Source: Chloroflexota bacterium
GTDB taxonomy: Bacteria > Chloroflexota > Dehalococcoidia > Lucifugimonadales > Australimonadaceae
NCBI GenBank assembly: GCA_028874795.1
Contig: JAPPHT010000008.1
Coordinates: forward strand, 77,968-141,967
Reading direction: 5' to 3'
DNA: 64,000 nt
Under the pieces are notes generated by a model. The model ran no database searches. It was given only the letters and a program-made list of their open reading frames with translations, and had not been told where the DNA came from. Within the stretch, counting starts at the first letter, position 1; the number at the start of each line of letters is the position of its first letter. Made by a program: the position numbers and the translations under genes. This document shows positions 8,449-16,516 of this stretch, piece after piece.

Positions 8449-9268
8449 ATGACTGAACAGACGCCGGGGACCCCCGATTACACGATGGGGTTCAGCGAAG
8501 ATATCGTCGAGGTCCTCAAGCGGTCCACTGCAGAGGAGAGCGCCGCGTACCTGCTCCCCTATCTCCGACCCGGCCTGCGCGTTCTCGACTTCGGGTGCGG
8601 ACCGGGAACCGTATCGGTGGGCCTGGCGAGGGCCGTGGCGCCCGGCGAGATGCACGGCGTCGACATGGAGGAGTCCCAGATCGAACTTGCGAGGTCGTTG
8701 GCCCGCGCAAGCGGGCAGGACAACGCTTTGTTCCACGTTGGTGACGCGGTCGACCTGGACTTCGAGGACAACTTCTTCGATGTCGCACACTGCCATAACG
8801 TCCTCATGCACATCCCGGACACCCGGGCCGTGCTCGCCGAGGTCAAGCGCGTGCTGAAGCCCGGCGGCATCATGGGTTGCCGCGAGATGATATGCGGGTC
8901 ATCCTTCGCGCACCCCGACGTTGGCGTGCAGATGGCGTGGCGGGTATTCGAAGACCTCGTGGATGCCGATGACGGGCATGCCCAGATGGGCAAGGATGTC
9001 AAGGCCCACCTCATCGAGGCTGGCTTCGCAAACGTCCGCATGACCGCCGCGTTCCATGTCTTCAGTGAACCCGAGGACCTTGAACGTCTTCTACCGCCTG
9101 ATCACCAGGTGGTTCCTGTCGTCCCATATCCAGGATGCAGCCTTCAAGTACGGCGCGACCACTGCCAGGATGGCCGAAAAGATAAAGGCCGCTTACGACA
9201 GGTGGATGGACCATCCCGGCGCTTTCGCCGCCATAGCCTTCGGCCAGGCGGTAGCCGTCAAGCCCTAG
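8449..9268 (+). pseudogene. Class I SAM-dependent methyltransferase (copy 2), reading frame broken by a 1-nt insertion near 9079-9082
   Basis: The ATG at 8449 opens a sequence collinear with copy 1 as far as ...FSEPEDL. The homologous C-terminus (NVFYRLITRWFLS...AVAVKP*) then continues in another frame, track ORF 9056..9268. Between the conserved gac and tgg codons, copy 2 has 31 nt where copy 1 has 30. Confidence 0.65.
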
Positions 9269-9401
9269 CGGGGCGATTCCCGTCCGTCTGCTCTCCTCAC
9301 CCCCCAAACGCCACTCTCTCAGTGCGGGGAGGGGAGCAGGCGGTCCCCCGCTGCCTCGCCAGTGACCCGAGGGTCTCCTTCCAGGAAGAGGGATCAGGCG
9401 G

Positions 9402-9537
9402 CCCGGGAGGATGCTGCGCGCTGAAGCGCGGACTCCGCTGCGTTCCGCTCAGCATGAGAGACCCCGGCCTCACCCACCTCCCAGCGCGACCGCGTGCGCA
9501 CGCGCACCTCCGAATGCCTGCCTCGCGGGAACGACGG
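9402..9537 (-). repeat. Intergenic hairpin-repeat cluster (family B copy 9402-9460, family D copy 9466-9537)
   Basis: The first segment matches 42747-42806 in reverse orientation. The second contains the ...gcctgcctcgcgggaacgacgg element seen at seven other sites. Confidence 0.7.
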
Positions 9538-9614
9538 AACCGCGCACCATTTAAGGGATCACGCGCGCACGGCACTCCGCCCGCAAGAGGCCCATCTTGG
9601 ACACAGGGCGGGGG

Positions 9615-10106
9615 TTACTCCTCGTACTGCTCCATGAAGGCGGCGTGGTTGGCGATCATCTGCGAGAAGACGGACACGAAGACCTCTACGTCGTGCTCAT
9701 CGACCCCCGTCATGAGCCGGGCGACGAACGCGTCCATGCTCCCGGTGGCCCGGAGCGTGAGGTCCCTCCCCTCGGGGGACAGGTGCAGCATGACGACGCG
9801 CCTGTCCTCCGGCAGGCGCCGCCTGACCAGCAGGCCCCTGTCGACCACCGCGGTGACGATGCGGCTGACGCGGGATGCGTCAACGGGCAGCATCTGCGCC
9901 AGCTGCGTGGCCGTGATCTCCTCCCCCTTCTCTATCAGGCAGAACCTGAGGAGGTTGAACTCCATGGGGGTCAGGTTATAGGGAGCCAACTCCCTCGCGA
10001 GGCCCCGTTCGACAGCGTTCGCCAGCCCGGCCATCCATCCCCCCAGGGCGAATGACGGCCTGGTCGCCTGCGGGTCAGGGCTGCCTTGGGGATCCTGCTC
10101 TGTCAC
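9615..10106 (-). CDS. MarR family transcriptional regulator
   Basis: 163 aa with a winged-helix pattern (LTPMEFNLLRFC...ITATQLAQMLPVDASRVSRIVTAVVDRGLLVRRRLPEDRRVV). GTG start. Confidence 0.85.
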   Translation of the reverse strand: MTEQDPQGSPDPQATRPSFALGGWMAGLANAVERGLARELAPYNLTPMEFNLLRFCLIEKGEEITATQLAQMLPVDASRVSRIVTAVVDRGLLVRRRLPEDRRVVMLHLSPEGRDLTLRATGSMDAFVARLMTGVDEHDVEVFVSVFSQMIANHAAFMEQYEE

Positions 10107-10160
10107 GTTCCCATTCTCTCATCAGGTCGGCAGTGCCTCAAGTACCGGTTCGCTGCAACT

Positions 10161-10211
10161 ATTGTATGTCTCAATGATTGCTCTTGATAATCAATGATGT
10201 AGACATACAAT
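10161..10211. promoter_or_regulatory. AT-rich palindromic operator/promoter region upstream of marR
   Basis: A perfect 11-bp inverted repeat, attgtatgtct (10161-10171) and agacatacaat (10201-10211), encloses two direct tcaatgat copies 20 bp apart. Each arm contains TACAAT reading outward. Confidence 0.6.
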
Positions 10212-10556
10212 GCGGTGCGCAACAGTTGCTTAATGCAGGAGCAGGTAGTGAACAGTGGACACGCCGGATTGCCCTTGTAGAGGCCCGACCCCTCACGGAG
10301 CCGGGCCCCCGGTAGCATGGCCCCGGTGCGGCCGACTCTCACCTCGAACACGCACCAGGAACTCCAGCCAGACGCACGCTACTCCTCCCGCCTCCGGCCT
10401 TCAAGTCTCTCCGCGCGCTTTCGAGGCCCGCGTCCGGCGCCTCGGTCTATCCCCATGCCCTGGACTCCCGGGGTCGCTTTTCCACGGTCGCGCGCGCCGG
10501 CCGAACAGGACCAGGCCCGCATCTCTCTGATCTCACGGCAGGGGTAGCCCAACCAG

Positions 10557-11009
10557 ATGATCGCTGACGTACGCCACGTGAGGACCCAGGCCCGGCGTGC
10601 GCCCACGCTGTTGCTGGCGCTCGGCGCCGTGGCCTTGTTCCTGTCTACCTCAGCTACGGTTCCCGCGCGGCAGGTGCCCGGCGACGCGGCGGCGCTGCAG
10701 GTCGTCGTCACGGCCAGCCCCGCCGAACCTGCGGTCGGAGAGTCAGTAACGCTGAGCGCGGACATAGCGAACGCTCCGGCGGACTCCGACCCTTCGTACG
10801 CGTGGGAGGCGGACCTTGCCGAGGCGGGCAACTGGCATCCTTCCGGGACCGACGCCACACTCTCATTCCTCGCCAACCAGCCCGAGTCGTGGGCATTCAG
10901 GGTGACGGTCGCCTACGACTCCGGCGCGTCCGCCACGTCGGAACCGCTCACCGTTACGTGGACCGAGGCCTCAACGGCTCCGCGGTCCGTGCCGGACGCC
11001 CACACCTGA
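10557..11009 (+). CDS. Secreted or membrane-anchored protein, N-terminal signal/TM segment plus Ig/PKD-like beta domain; ends at a TGA inside a coding repeat
   Basis: Has an N-terminal hydrophobic segment (APTLLLALGAVALFLSTSA) and a beta-rich domain (VVVTASPAEPAVGESVTLSADI...). The stop codon lies in the first unit of the 24-bp array. Confidence 0.6.
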   Translation: MIADVRHVRTQARRAPTLLLALGAVALFLSTSATVPARQVPGDAAALQVVVTASPAEPAVGESVTLSADIANAPADSDPSYAWEADLAEAGNWHPSGTDATLSFLANQPESWAFRVTVAYDSGASATSEPLTVTWTEASTAPRSVPDAHT

Positions 11010-11187
11010 GCCTCCCGGGACGCCCACACCTGAGCCTCCCGGGACGCCTACACCTGAGCTTCCCGGGACGCCTACGCCCGAGCCTCCGGGCACGCCCACG
11101 GCTGAACCTCCGGGCACGCCCACACCTGAGCCTCCGGGGACGCCTACGCCTGAGCCTCGCGAAACGCCCAGGCTTGGACCTCGCGAC
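10996..11187 (+). repeat. Eight tandem 24-bp units (consensus acgcccacacctgagcctcccggg) encoding TPTPEPPG
   Basis: Units start at 10996, 11020, 11044, 11068, 11092, 11116, 11140 and 11164. The first two are identical and the last two are degenerate. Confidence 0.9.
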
Positions 11188-11571
11188 ACGCCCACGACGG
11201 GACAGGGAAGACCTCCATACCTCGGCGGAGAGAGACGCCTGAGCCTCAGCCAATCGGGCCGCGGACTGGGTCCGGATACGCGTCAGGGATACGCGGCGAT
11301 GGCGGAGCCTACACCCGCTCCGACTGTAGAGTCCGCGCGCGAGAAGGGCACGACGTCAGATCTGGTGCTGGCGATGGGTCCCACTCCCACTCCTGGGACG
11401 ACTGGTGGAGGCGCTTCAACTACAGTGGATTCCCCTGCGTCTGGGCTTTCGCTGTCGCCCTGCTGGATCTTGCTGTTGATAGCGTTGCTGATGGCGGTAC
11501 TGATTCTTCTGTGCAGAAGACTCAGGAAACGCGCGTTGAGGACCATAGAACGCTATCGCTACCGGCGGTAG
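10996..11571 (+). CDS. Probable continuation of the 10557 gene in the +1 frame: (TPTPEPPG)n linker, Pro/Thr-rich region, C-terminal TM helix and Arg-rich tail
   Basis: This frame has no stop from at least 10987 to 11571 and no ATG, GTG or TTG before 11299. It ends ...SPCWILLLIALLMAVLILLCRRLRKRALRTIERYRYRR*. Confidence 0.45.
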   Translation, partial: TPTPEPPGTPTPEPPGTPTPELPGTPTPEPPGTPTAEPPGTPTPEPPGTPTPEPRETPRLGPRDTPTTGQGRPPYLGGERRLSLSQSGRGLGPDTRQGYAAMAEPTPAPTVESAREKGTTSDLVLAMGPTPTPGTTGGGASTTVDSPASGLSLSPCWILLLIALLMAVLILLCRRLRKRALRTIERYRYRR

Positions 11572-11627
11572 AGCAGGGGCCCTCACGGGTGACCCGTTGC
11601 ATCAAAGGACCTGAGCCCACCGGGCTG

Positions 11628-11657
11628 CGAGGTTCCTGCCTTCGCTGGAACGACGGC
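11628..11657 (-). repeat. Family D hairpin repeat copy
   Basis: The sequence gcgaggttcctgccttcgctggaacgacgg matches 58634-58665 and the reverse complement of 47742-47771. Confidence 0.6.
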
Positions 11658-11713
11658 CTCACGAAGTCTGAGCAGTTACAGGCCACAGGCGCGTTCCGCG
11701 CTCAGGGGGGCGG

Positions 11714-14086
11714 TCACCCGCTCGGCTTCTCCGCCTGCGGCATCCGGTAGCCGACGCGGGGCTCGGTGAAGACGTAGGTGGGGTTGTCGGCGTCGTCGCC
11801 CAACTTGCGGCGGAGTTTGCCGACGATGGTGCGCATGGGCCGCACGTCGCCGGCGCTCTTCTCGCCCCACACCCGCCCCAGAAGGCGCTCGTAGGTCAGC
11901 ACCCGCCCGGCGTTGGCGGAGAGCTCGGCCAGCACCCGGTACTCGATCGGGGTGAGACGTATGGGACGGCCGGCCAGCACCACCCTGCGCCCGGCGTAGT
12001 CGACGGTCAGGTCGCCCCGCACGTACGGCTCCAACGGCTCTGCGGCCGCCCTCCCGCGAAGGGCAGCCCTGATCCTCGCCGAAAGCTCCGTCGGCGAGAA
12101 GGGCTTGACCACGTAGTCGGCGGCCCCTGTGTCGAACGCCTTCGCGATCAGGTTCTCCCGCCCGTAGGCGGACAGGAAGATGACCGGCACGTCGGCCACG
12201 TCCAGGATGGCCTTCATCAGCTCGATGCCGTCCGTTCCGGGAAGCATCAGGTCCAGCAGCACCAGCTCCGGCCTCTCTTCCTCCACGAGGCGGAGCGCCT
12301 CTTGCGGCTCCCCGGTCACGACCGGATCGTAGCCGGCCCTGGCGAGGGCGTCGCGGATGTAGCGGAGGTCCTGCGGGTCGTCGTCTACCGCCAGGACGCG
12401 CGGCCGCTCCTCCACCTTCTTCTCGCGCTGCGTCGATAGCGAAAGGGACCGGCCGGCCGCGCCGGCTCCGGAGTCCTCGACAGACGGAAGCGTGAAGGTG
12501 AAGCATGCTCCTGTTCCCGGCCCGTCGCTCTCGGCCCAGATGCGGCCTCCGTGCGCCTCCACTATCCCCTTGCAGATGGCGAGGCCCAGCCCCGTATCCC
12601 CTCCCTGGTCCTCGGATTGCGCCCCGGAGAACTTGCGGAACAGGTCGGGCAGGCTCTCCGCCGGAATGCCGCGCCCCTCGTCCGCCACTGAGACCGCCAC
12701 GTGAACGCCGTCCCGCACGGCGCTCACCCTGATGACGGACGTTTCCGGGGAGTGCCGGGCCGCGTTGGACAGCAGGTTGCCGAGCACCTGGACGATGCGC
12801 CGCCGGTCCGCCATCACCAGGGGCAGGTCCGGCTCGACGTCGATGGCGAGGCTGTTCTTGCCCCCCGCGTTGGCGAAACCGCTCCTCGCTCGGTCCACCA
12901 GCACGGCCACGTCCGCGGGTTCGGGCCCGACCGGCAAAGTGCCCGTCTCGATGCGGGCCACGTCCAGAAGGTCGGCGACCAGGGCGTTCATGTGGTCGGC
13001 CTGGTCCCCGATGATGCGGACGAACTGGCGCACCACCGCGGGGTCGAGCTCCGTCCCCGAGTCCATGATCATGGCCGCGGAGCCCTTGATGGAGGTCAGC
13101 GGTGTCCTCAACTCGTGGCTCACCATCGCCAGGAACTCGGCCCGCAGCCGCTCCTGCTCCTCCACGGCTGCCATGTCCTGCATGGTGACGACCATCGACT
13201 CGACCGCGCCCTCCTCGGAGAGAATGGGCGTGGCGTTGAGCAGCACCGTGACGCTCCTGCCGTCCGGGACCGCCAGGACGATCTCCTCGGCCCGCAGCGT
13301 CTCCCCTATGCTCAGCAGCCCGGCCAGGGGGATTTCTGCCAGGGATACCTCCTGCCCGTCGGCGCGCCTGAACGTCAACACCTGAAGCAACTCCTCCGGC
13401 GACTGGTCGGGGTCCCGCAGGATGTCGACGATGCGGCGCGCCTCCCGGTTGAAGGATACGGGCGCTCCCGTCCCGGCATCGAAGACCGCTACGCCGACCG
13501 GGGAGGTGTCGATCAGCGTCTCCAGGTCGGCCCTGGCCCGGCGCTCCTCCTGGTGTCTGCGCGCGTTGCCGATGGCCATCGCTGCCTGGGACGCGAACAG
13601 CGCCAGCGTCTCCTCGTCCTCCTGACTGAACACCCCGCCGCCCGTCTCATGGGCCAAGTAGATCGTGCCGACCCCGACCCCCAGATGGCGGATCGGAGCG
13701 ATCAGCACGGAGCTCACCGACACCGTGGGCAGGAACGAGGGCATCCCTAGCGCGCTCAGGTGGCTGTCTATGTCCGAGACCCGCAGGGGCTCCTCCAGAC
13801 CGCTGAAATACTGGAAGAACTCCATTCCTTCCGGCATGTCCCAGAACCCCTGATGCTCCTCCCTGGTGAGACCGGAGGCTATGAAGATGGGGCGTCGGAA
13901 CACTTCGCCCGGGATGGTGATCGCCCCGTAGCGCGAGGCTGTCAGCGCCCGGGCGCTGTCCACCACCTCCTGAAGCACCGTGTCGAAGTCCAGGCTCTCG
14001 TTGATGCGGAGGCCTGCCTCGCCCAGACGGGCGAGGCGCTCTTCCAGCTCCTGTATCCGTCGGTCTCGCTCGTCCGGTCGGTCCAA
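11714..14086 (-). CDS. Fused two-component protein: GAF-PAS-HisKA-HATPase sensor kinase joined to REC plus an OmpR/PhoB winged-helix DNA-binding domain
   Basis: 790 aa. TTG start with GAGGTG upstream.
- H-box FLAMVSHELRTPL.
- N and G boxes LGNLLSNAARHSP, DEGRGIP, GTGLGLAICKGIVEAHGG.
- Receiver VLAVDDD...LVLLDLMLPGTDG...KPF.
- Output domain LTPIEYRVLAEL...RTIVGKLRRKLGDD...VGYRM.
- No TM segment. Confidence 0.85.
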   Translation of the reverse strand: MDRPDERDRRIQELEERLARLGEAGLRINESLDFDTVLQEVVDSARALTASRYGAITIPGEVFRRPIFIASGLTREEHQGFWDMPEGMEFFQYFSGLEEPLRVSDIDSHLSALGMPSFLPTVSVSSVLIAPIRHLGVGVGTIYLAHETGGGVFSQEDEETLALFASQAAMAIGNARRHQEERRARADLETLIDTSPVGVAVFDAGTGAPVSFNREARRIVDILRDPDQSPEELLQVLTFRRADGQEVSLAEIPLAGLLSIGETLRAEEIVLAVPDGRSVTVLLNATPILSEEGAVESMVVTMQDMAAVEEQERLRAEFLAMVSHELRTPLTSIKGSAAMIMDSGTELDPAVVRQFVRIIGDQADHMNALVADLLDVARIETGTLPVGPEPADVAVLVDRARSGFANAGGKNSLAIDVEPDLPLVMADRRRIVQVLGNLLSNAARHSPETSVIRVSAVRDGVHVAVSVADEGRGIPAESLPDLFRKFSGAQSEDQGGDTGLGLAICKGIVEAHGGRIWAESDGPGTGACFTFTLPSVEDSGAGAAGRSLSLSTQREKKVEERPRVLAVDDDPQDLRYIRDALARAGYDPVVTGEPQEALRLVEEERPELVLLDLMLPGTDGIELMKAILDVADVPVIFLSAYGRENLIAKAFDTGAADYVVKPFSPTELSARIRAALRGRAAAEPLEPYVRGDLTVDYAGRRVVLAGRPIRLTPIEYRVLAELSANAGRVLTYERLLGRVWGEKSAGDVRPMRTIVGKLRRKLGDDADNPTYVFTEPRVGYRMPQAEKPSG

Positions 14087-14281
14087 TTCGTCACCTCAAA
14101 TGACCTGCTGATGGAAGTGAAACGGGCGTCTACTGCGGGGATTATGCCGGACTCTGCGGATGGTTACCAGAAGTCATGACAAATCTGTCCAATCGTCATG
14201 TCTTGGTTACATATTCGCCAACGCGGACGCCTCCCACATGGTGGTCTGCAGGGACGGGCAGTAGCGGGACGTGGTGTACCC

Positions 14282-14620
14282 GGTCCCCTCTCCTGGGGGA
14301 GAGGGTTAGGGTGAGGGCCCTTGGTGGGGGGATGGGTGGTGCAAAGGCCTCTTGAGGGGAGAGAGCCCGCCCCGCACTTGATGCGGGGGTGAGGGTAAAC
14401 CGGGGCTGGGATGTCGGGCGCCTGTCCCTTCCCCCTCGACGGGGGGAGGGCTGGGATGGGGGTGAGGAGACCTTTGCATAATGTCATGTTGAGCGAAGCG
14501 CAGCGGAGTCGAAACATCTCTCGGGGGGCCTGCTCCCCTCTCCCTCGAGGAGAGAGGTCGGCGCGCGTCAGCGCGGCGGGTGAGGGTGAACCGGGGCTGG
14601 GATGTGGGGCGGCTGGTCCC
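14282..14620 (+). repeat. Intergenic hairpin-repeat cluster (family A variants and a family B copy)
   Basis: Components:
- Uninterrupted family A unit at 14282-14320.
- ccccgcacttgatgcgggggtgagggtaaacc at about 14365-14405.
- Family B copy at 14481-14527.
- Second ggtgagggtgaaccggggctgggatgt at 14580-14606. Confidence 0.75.
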
Positions 14621-14942
14621 TTCCCCGTCCCGCCCCCCTCTTGTGGCACGCGCCCATTGCGCGGTCGGCGCGCGTTCGCATACGCTGTCTCCGGTGCCTC
14701 GGATGCCCTCCTTCCATGCACCGGCAAGGGTCGTCGGAACTGTCGGATTGTGTCGGATAACTGTCGGGATTTGTCGGATCAGCTGTCTGGAGACAGAGCC
14801 GTAGCGTCGGGCGCAAAGGGCAGACTCACGAGTGGGTCCCGGCGGGAATCGACAGGATGCGACAGTTTTCCGCAAGAAGCGGCGCTGGAGCCAAGCAGAA
14901 CATGGGAGTCGTGACCTCGCGGGTCACCAGGTACACCCCGAT

Positions 14943-15623
14943 ATGTGCGGACGGTACAGCCTCATCGCGGATATCGGACAGCTCGCGCTCCGGTTCGAGT
15001 TCGACGCCTACGGTCTCGCGCAGCCTCCGCGCTACAACATCGCGCCCACGCAGCCGGTGCTCACCGTGCGGAGCGGCGGACCGAGGCGGGCATCGTACAT
15101 GCGCTGGGGATTGATCCCCTCCGGAGCCAGGACCGCACCGTCCGGCGCTCCCATCATCAACACAAGGGCCGAGACCGTCGCCGAGCGGCCCAACTTCCGC
15201 GCCTCCCTGCTGCGAAGGCGCTGTCTCATCCCCGCCGACGGCTTCTACGAGTGGCGGCGCACGGGGGCTGCGAGACAGCCGGTACGGGTCACGCTGGCAT
15301 CCGGAGAGCCCTTCGCCCTCGCAGGCCTCTGGGATGCATGGCGGGACCCGCGGGGCGAGGTCGTCGAGTCGTGCACCATCATCACGACCGACGCCAACGA
15401 CCTCCTCCAGCCCGTCCATGACCGGATGCCCGTCATCCTGCCGGAAGAGTTTGAGTCGCTCTGGCTGGACGAGCAGATGCAGGACGCCGCCGCCCTGGCG
15501 AGCATGCTCGGCCCCTACCCTTCCGAGCGCATGGAGACCTGTGAGATCTCCACGCTCGTCAACTCGGCCCACAACGACGGGCCTGAGTTGATCGCTCCCG
15601 CGGAACAGGGAAGGCTCATCTAG
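14943..15623 (+). CDS. yedK: SOS response-associated peptidase (SRAP/YedK family, abasic-site crosslinking protein)
   Basis: The N-terminus MCGRYS requires the start at ATG 14943, because the catalytic Cys must be residue 2. Also has NIAPTQ, RWGLIP and ADGFYEW motifs. Confidence 0.85.
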   Translation: MCGRYSLIADIGQLALRFEFDAYGLAQPPRYNIAPTQPVLTVRSGGPRRASYMRWGLIPSGARTAPSGAPIINTRAETVAERPNFRASLLRRRCLIPADGFYEWRRTGAARQPVRVTLASGEPFALAGLWDAWRDPRGEVVESCTIITTDANDLLQPVHDRMPVILPEEFESLWLDEQMQDAAALASMLGPYPSERMETCEISTLVNSAHNDGPELIAPAEQGRLI

Positions 15624-15762
15624 TCGTCGGTGAGGGCAGGACCGTTGCCCCCGGGCCAGGGCCTCGCAATACGGGGCTGCCGGGGCTAGGATTGGCTGCG
15701 AAGAAAGCCGCGCGGCGCCGCTCCGGGCTTCCGCCTGCGCCGCTCGTGCAAGGAGGCTCATC

Positions 15763-16503
15763 GTGGCCACGGTCAGACTCGGATTCCTCAGTGCGAACTC
15801 GCGGGGCCACGGCGCCCACTACGACGACTTTCTGCGCCTGCTGCCGGAAGAGGCGGACGTGCAGATCGTGCCCCTTGGACTCTGGCAGGACTCCCTCTAC
15901 GACCTCGAGGGCAAGGCCAGGGAGCACACCGAGCGCACCACCTCCCTCGTGGCCGAGCACGGATGGGACGGCATCGCGCTGATGGGCGCGCCGATGCAGG
16001 TGCAGAACCCGGGACACGTGGAGCAACTGCGCTCCCTGCTGAGCATCCCGGCCACGACCGCGCTGGAGTCCGGCGCCGCGGCGGTCAGGGCGTTCGGCGC
16101 GAGCCGCATCCTCCTGCTCACCCCATTCGACGACGGCCTGAACGCCATGCTGCGGGAGTTTCTCACCGCGCAGGGACTCGACGTCACCGTGCCCGCAACG
16201 GACCGCACCGACACGAGCCGCGAGGATGTGACCTCCACGGAGCGCAAGAGCGCGGACGAGGTCTACCGCCTCGCCGCGGACGCATTCGCGGACTCGCCGG
16301 ACGTGGACGCGGTCTATTTCCAGGGTGCGCCCCTCAACCCGCTGCTCGTGGTCGAACGGCTGGAGGCCGACCTCGGCGTGCCGGTCGTCGCCAGCAACCC
16401 GGCGATGTTCTGGCACATCACGTCCCTGCTCGGCCACCGCCTTCCTTCAAGCGTAGACGGCTGCGGCAGGCTGCTGCGGGAGTGGCCCCAGCGGGTCTCG
16501 TGA
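15763..16503 (+). CDS. Asp/Glu/hydantoin racemase superfamily protein (maleate isomerase/arylmalonate decarboxylase-like)
   Basis: 246 aa. GTG start with AAGGAGG upstream. Two-lobed pattern ending PVVASNPAMFWH. The expected catalytic Cys positions appear to be replaced (see findings). Confidence 0.6.
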   Translation: MATVRLGFLSANSRGHGAHYDDFLRLLPEEADVQIVPLGLWQDSLYDLEGKAREHTERTTSLVAEHGWDGIALMGAPMQVQNPGHVEQLRSLLSIPATTALESGAAAVRAFGASRILLLTPFDDGLNAMLREFLTAQGLDVTVPATDRTDTSREDVTSTERKSADEVYRLAADAFADSPDVDAVYFQGAPLNPLLVVERLEADLGVPVVASNPAMFWHITSLLGHRLPSSVDGCGRLLREWPQRVS

Positions 16504-16516
16504 GGGAACAAGGGGG

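Noticed and set aside
8191-9981. A 596-aa plus-strand ORF spanning the end of methyltransferase 1, methyltransferase 2 and the region antisense to marR
   Set aside because: Only the segment 8449 to about 9080 is family-like. The remainder is Arg/Pro/Ser-rich read-through created by the frameshift and the repeat cluster. It also overlaps the well-supported marR on the other strand.
10971-11195. A minus-strand ORF encoding (GVGVPGGS)n, and a similar (GVGVGAG)n ORF at 6021-6563
   Set aside because: They are mirror images of the TPTPEPPG and TP coding repeats on the plus strand, where the context (signal peptides, a TM anchor) supports the plus-strand reading.
14270-14720. Possible CRISPR array, suggested by many short palindromic repeats in clusters
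   Set aside because: The repeat units belong to different families, occur in both orientations and have irregular spacing with no unique spacers of constant length. There are no cas genes in the window.
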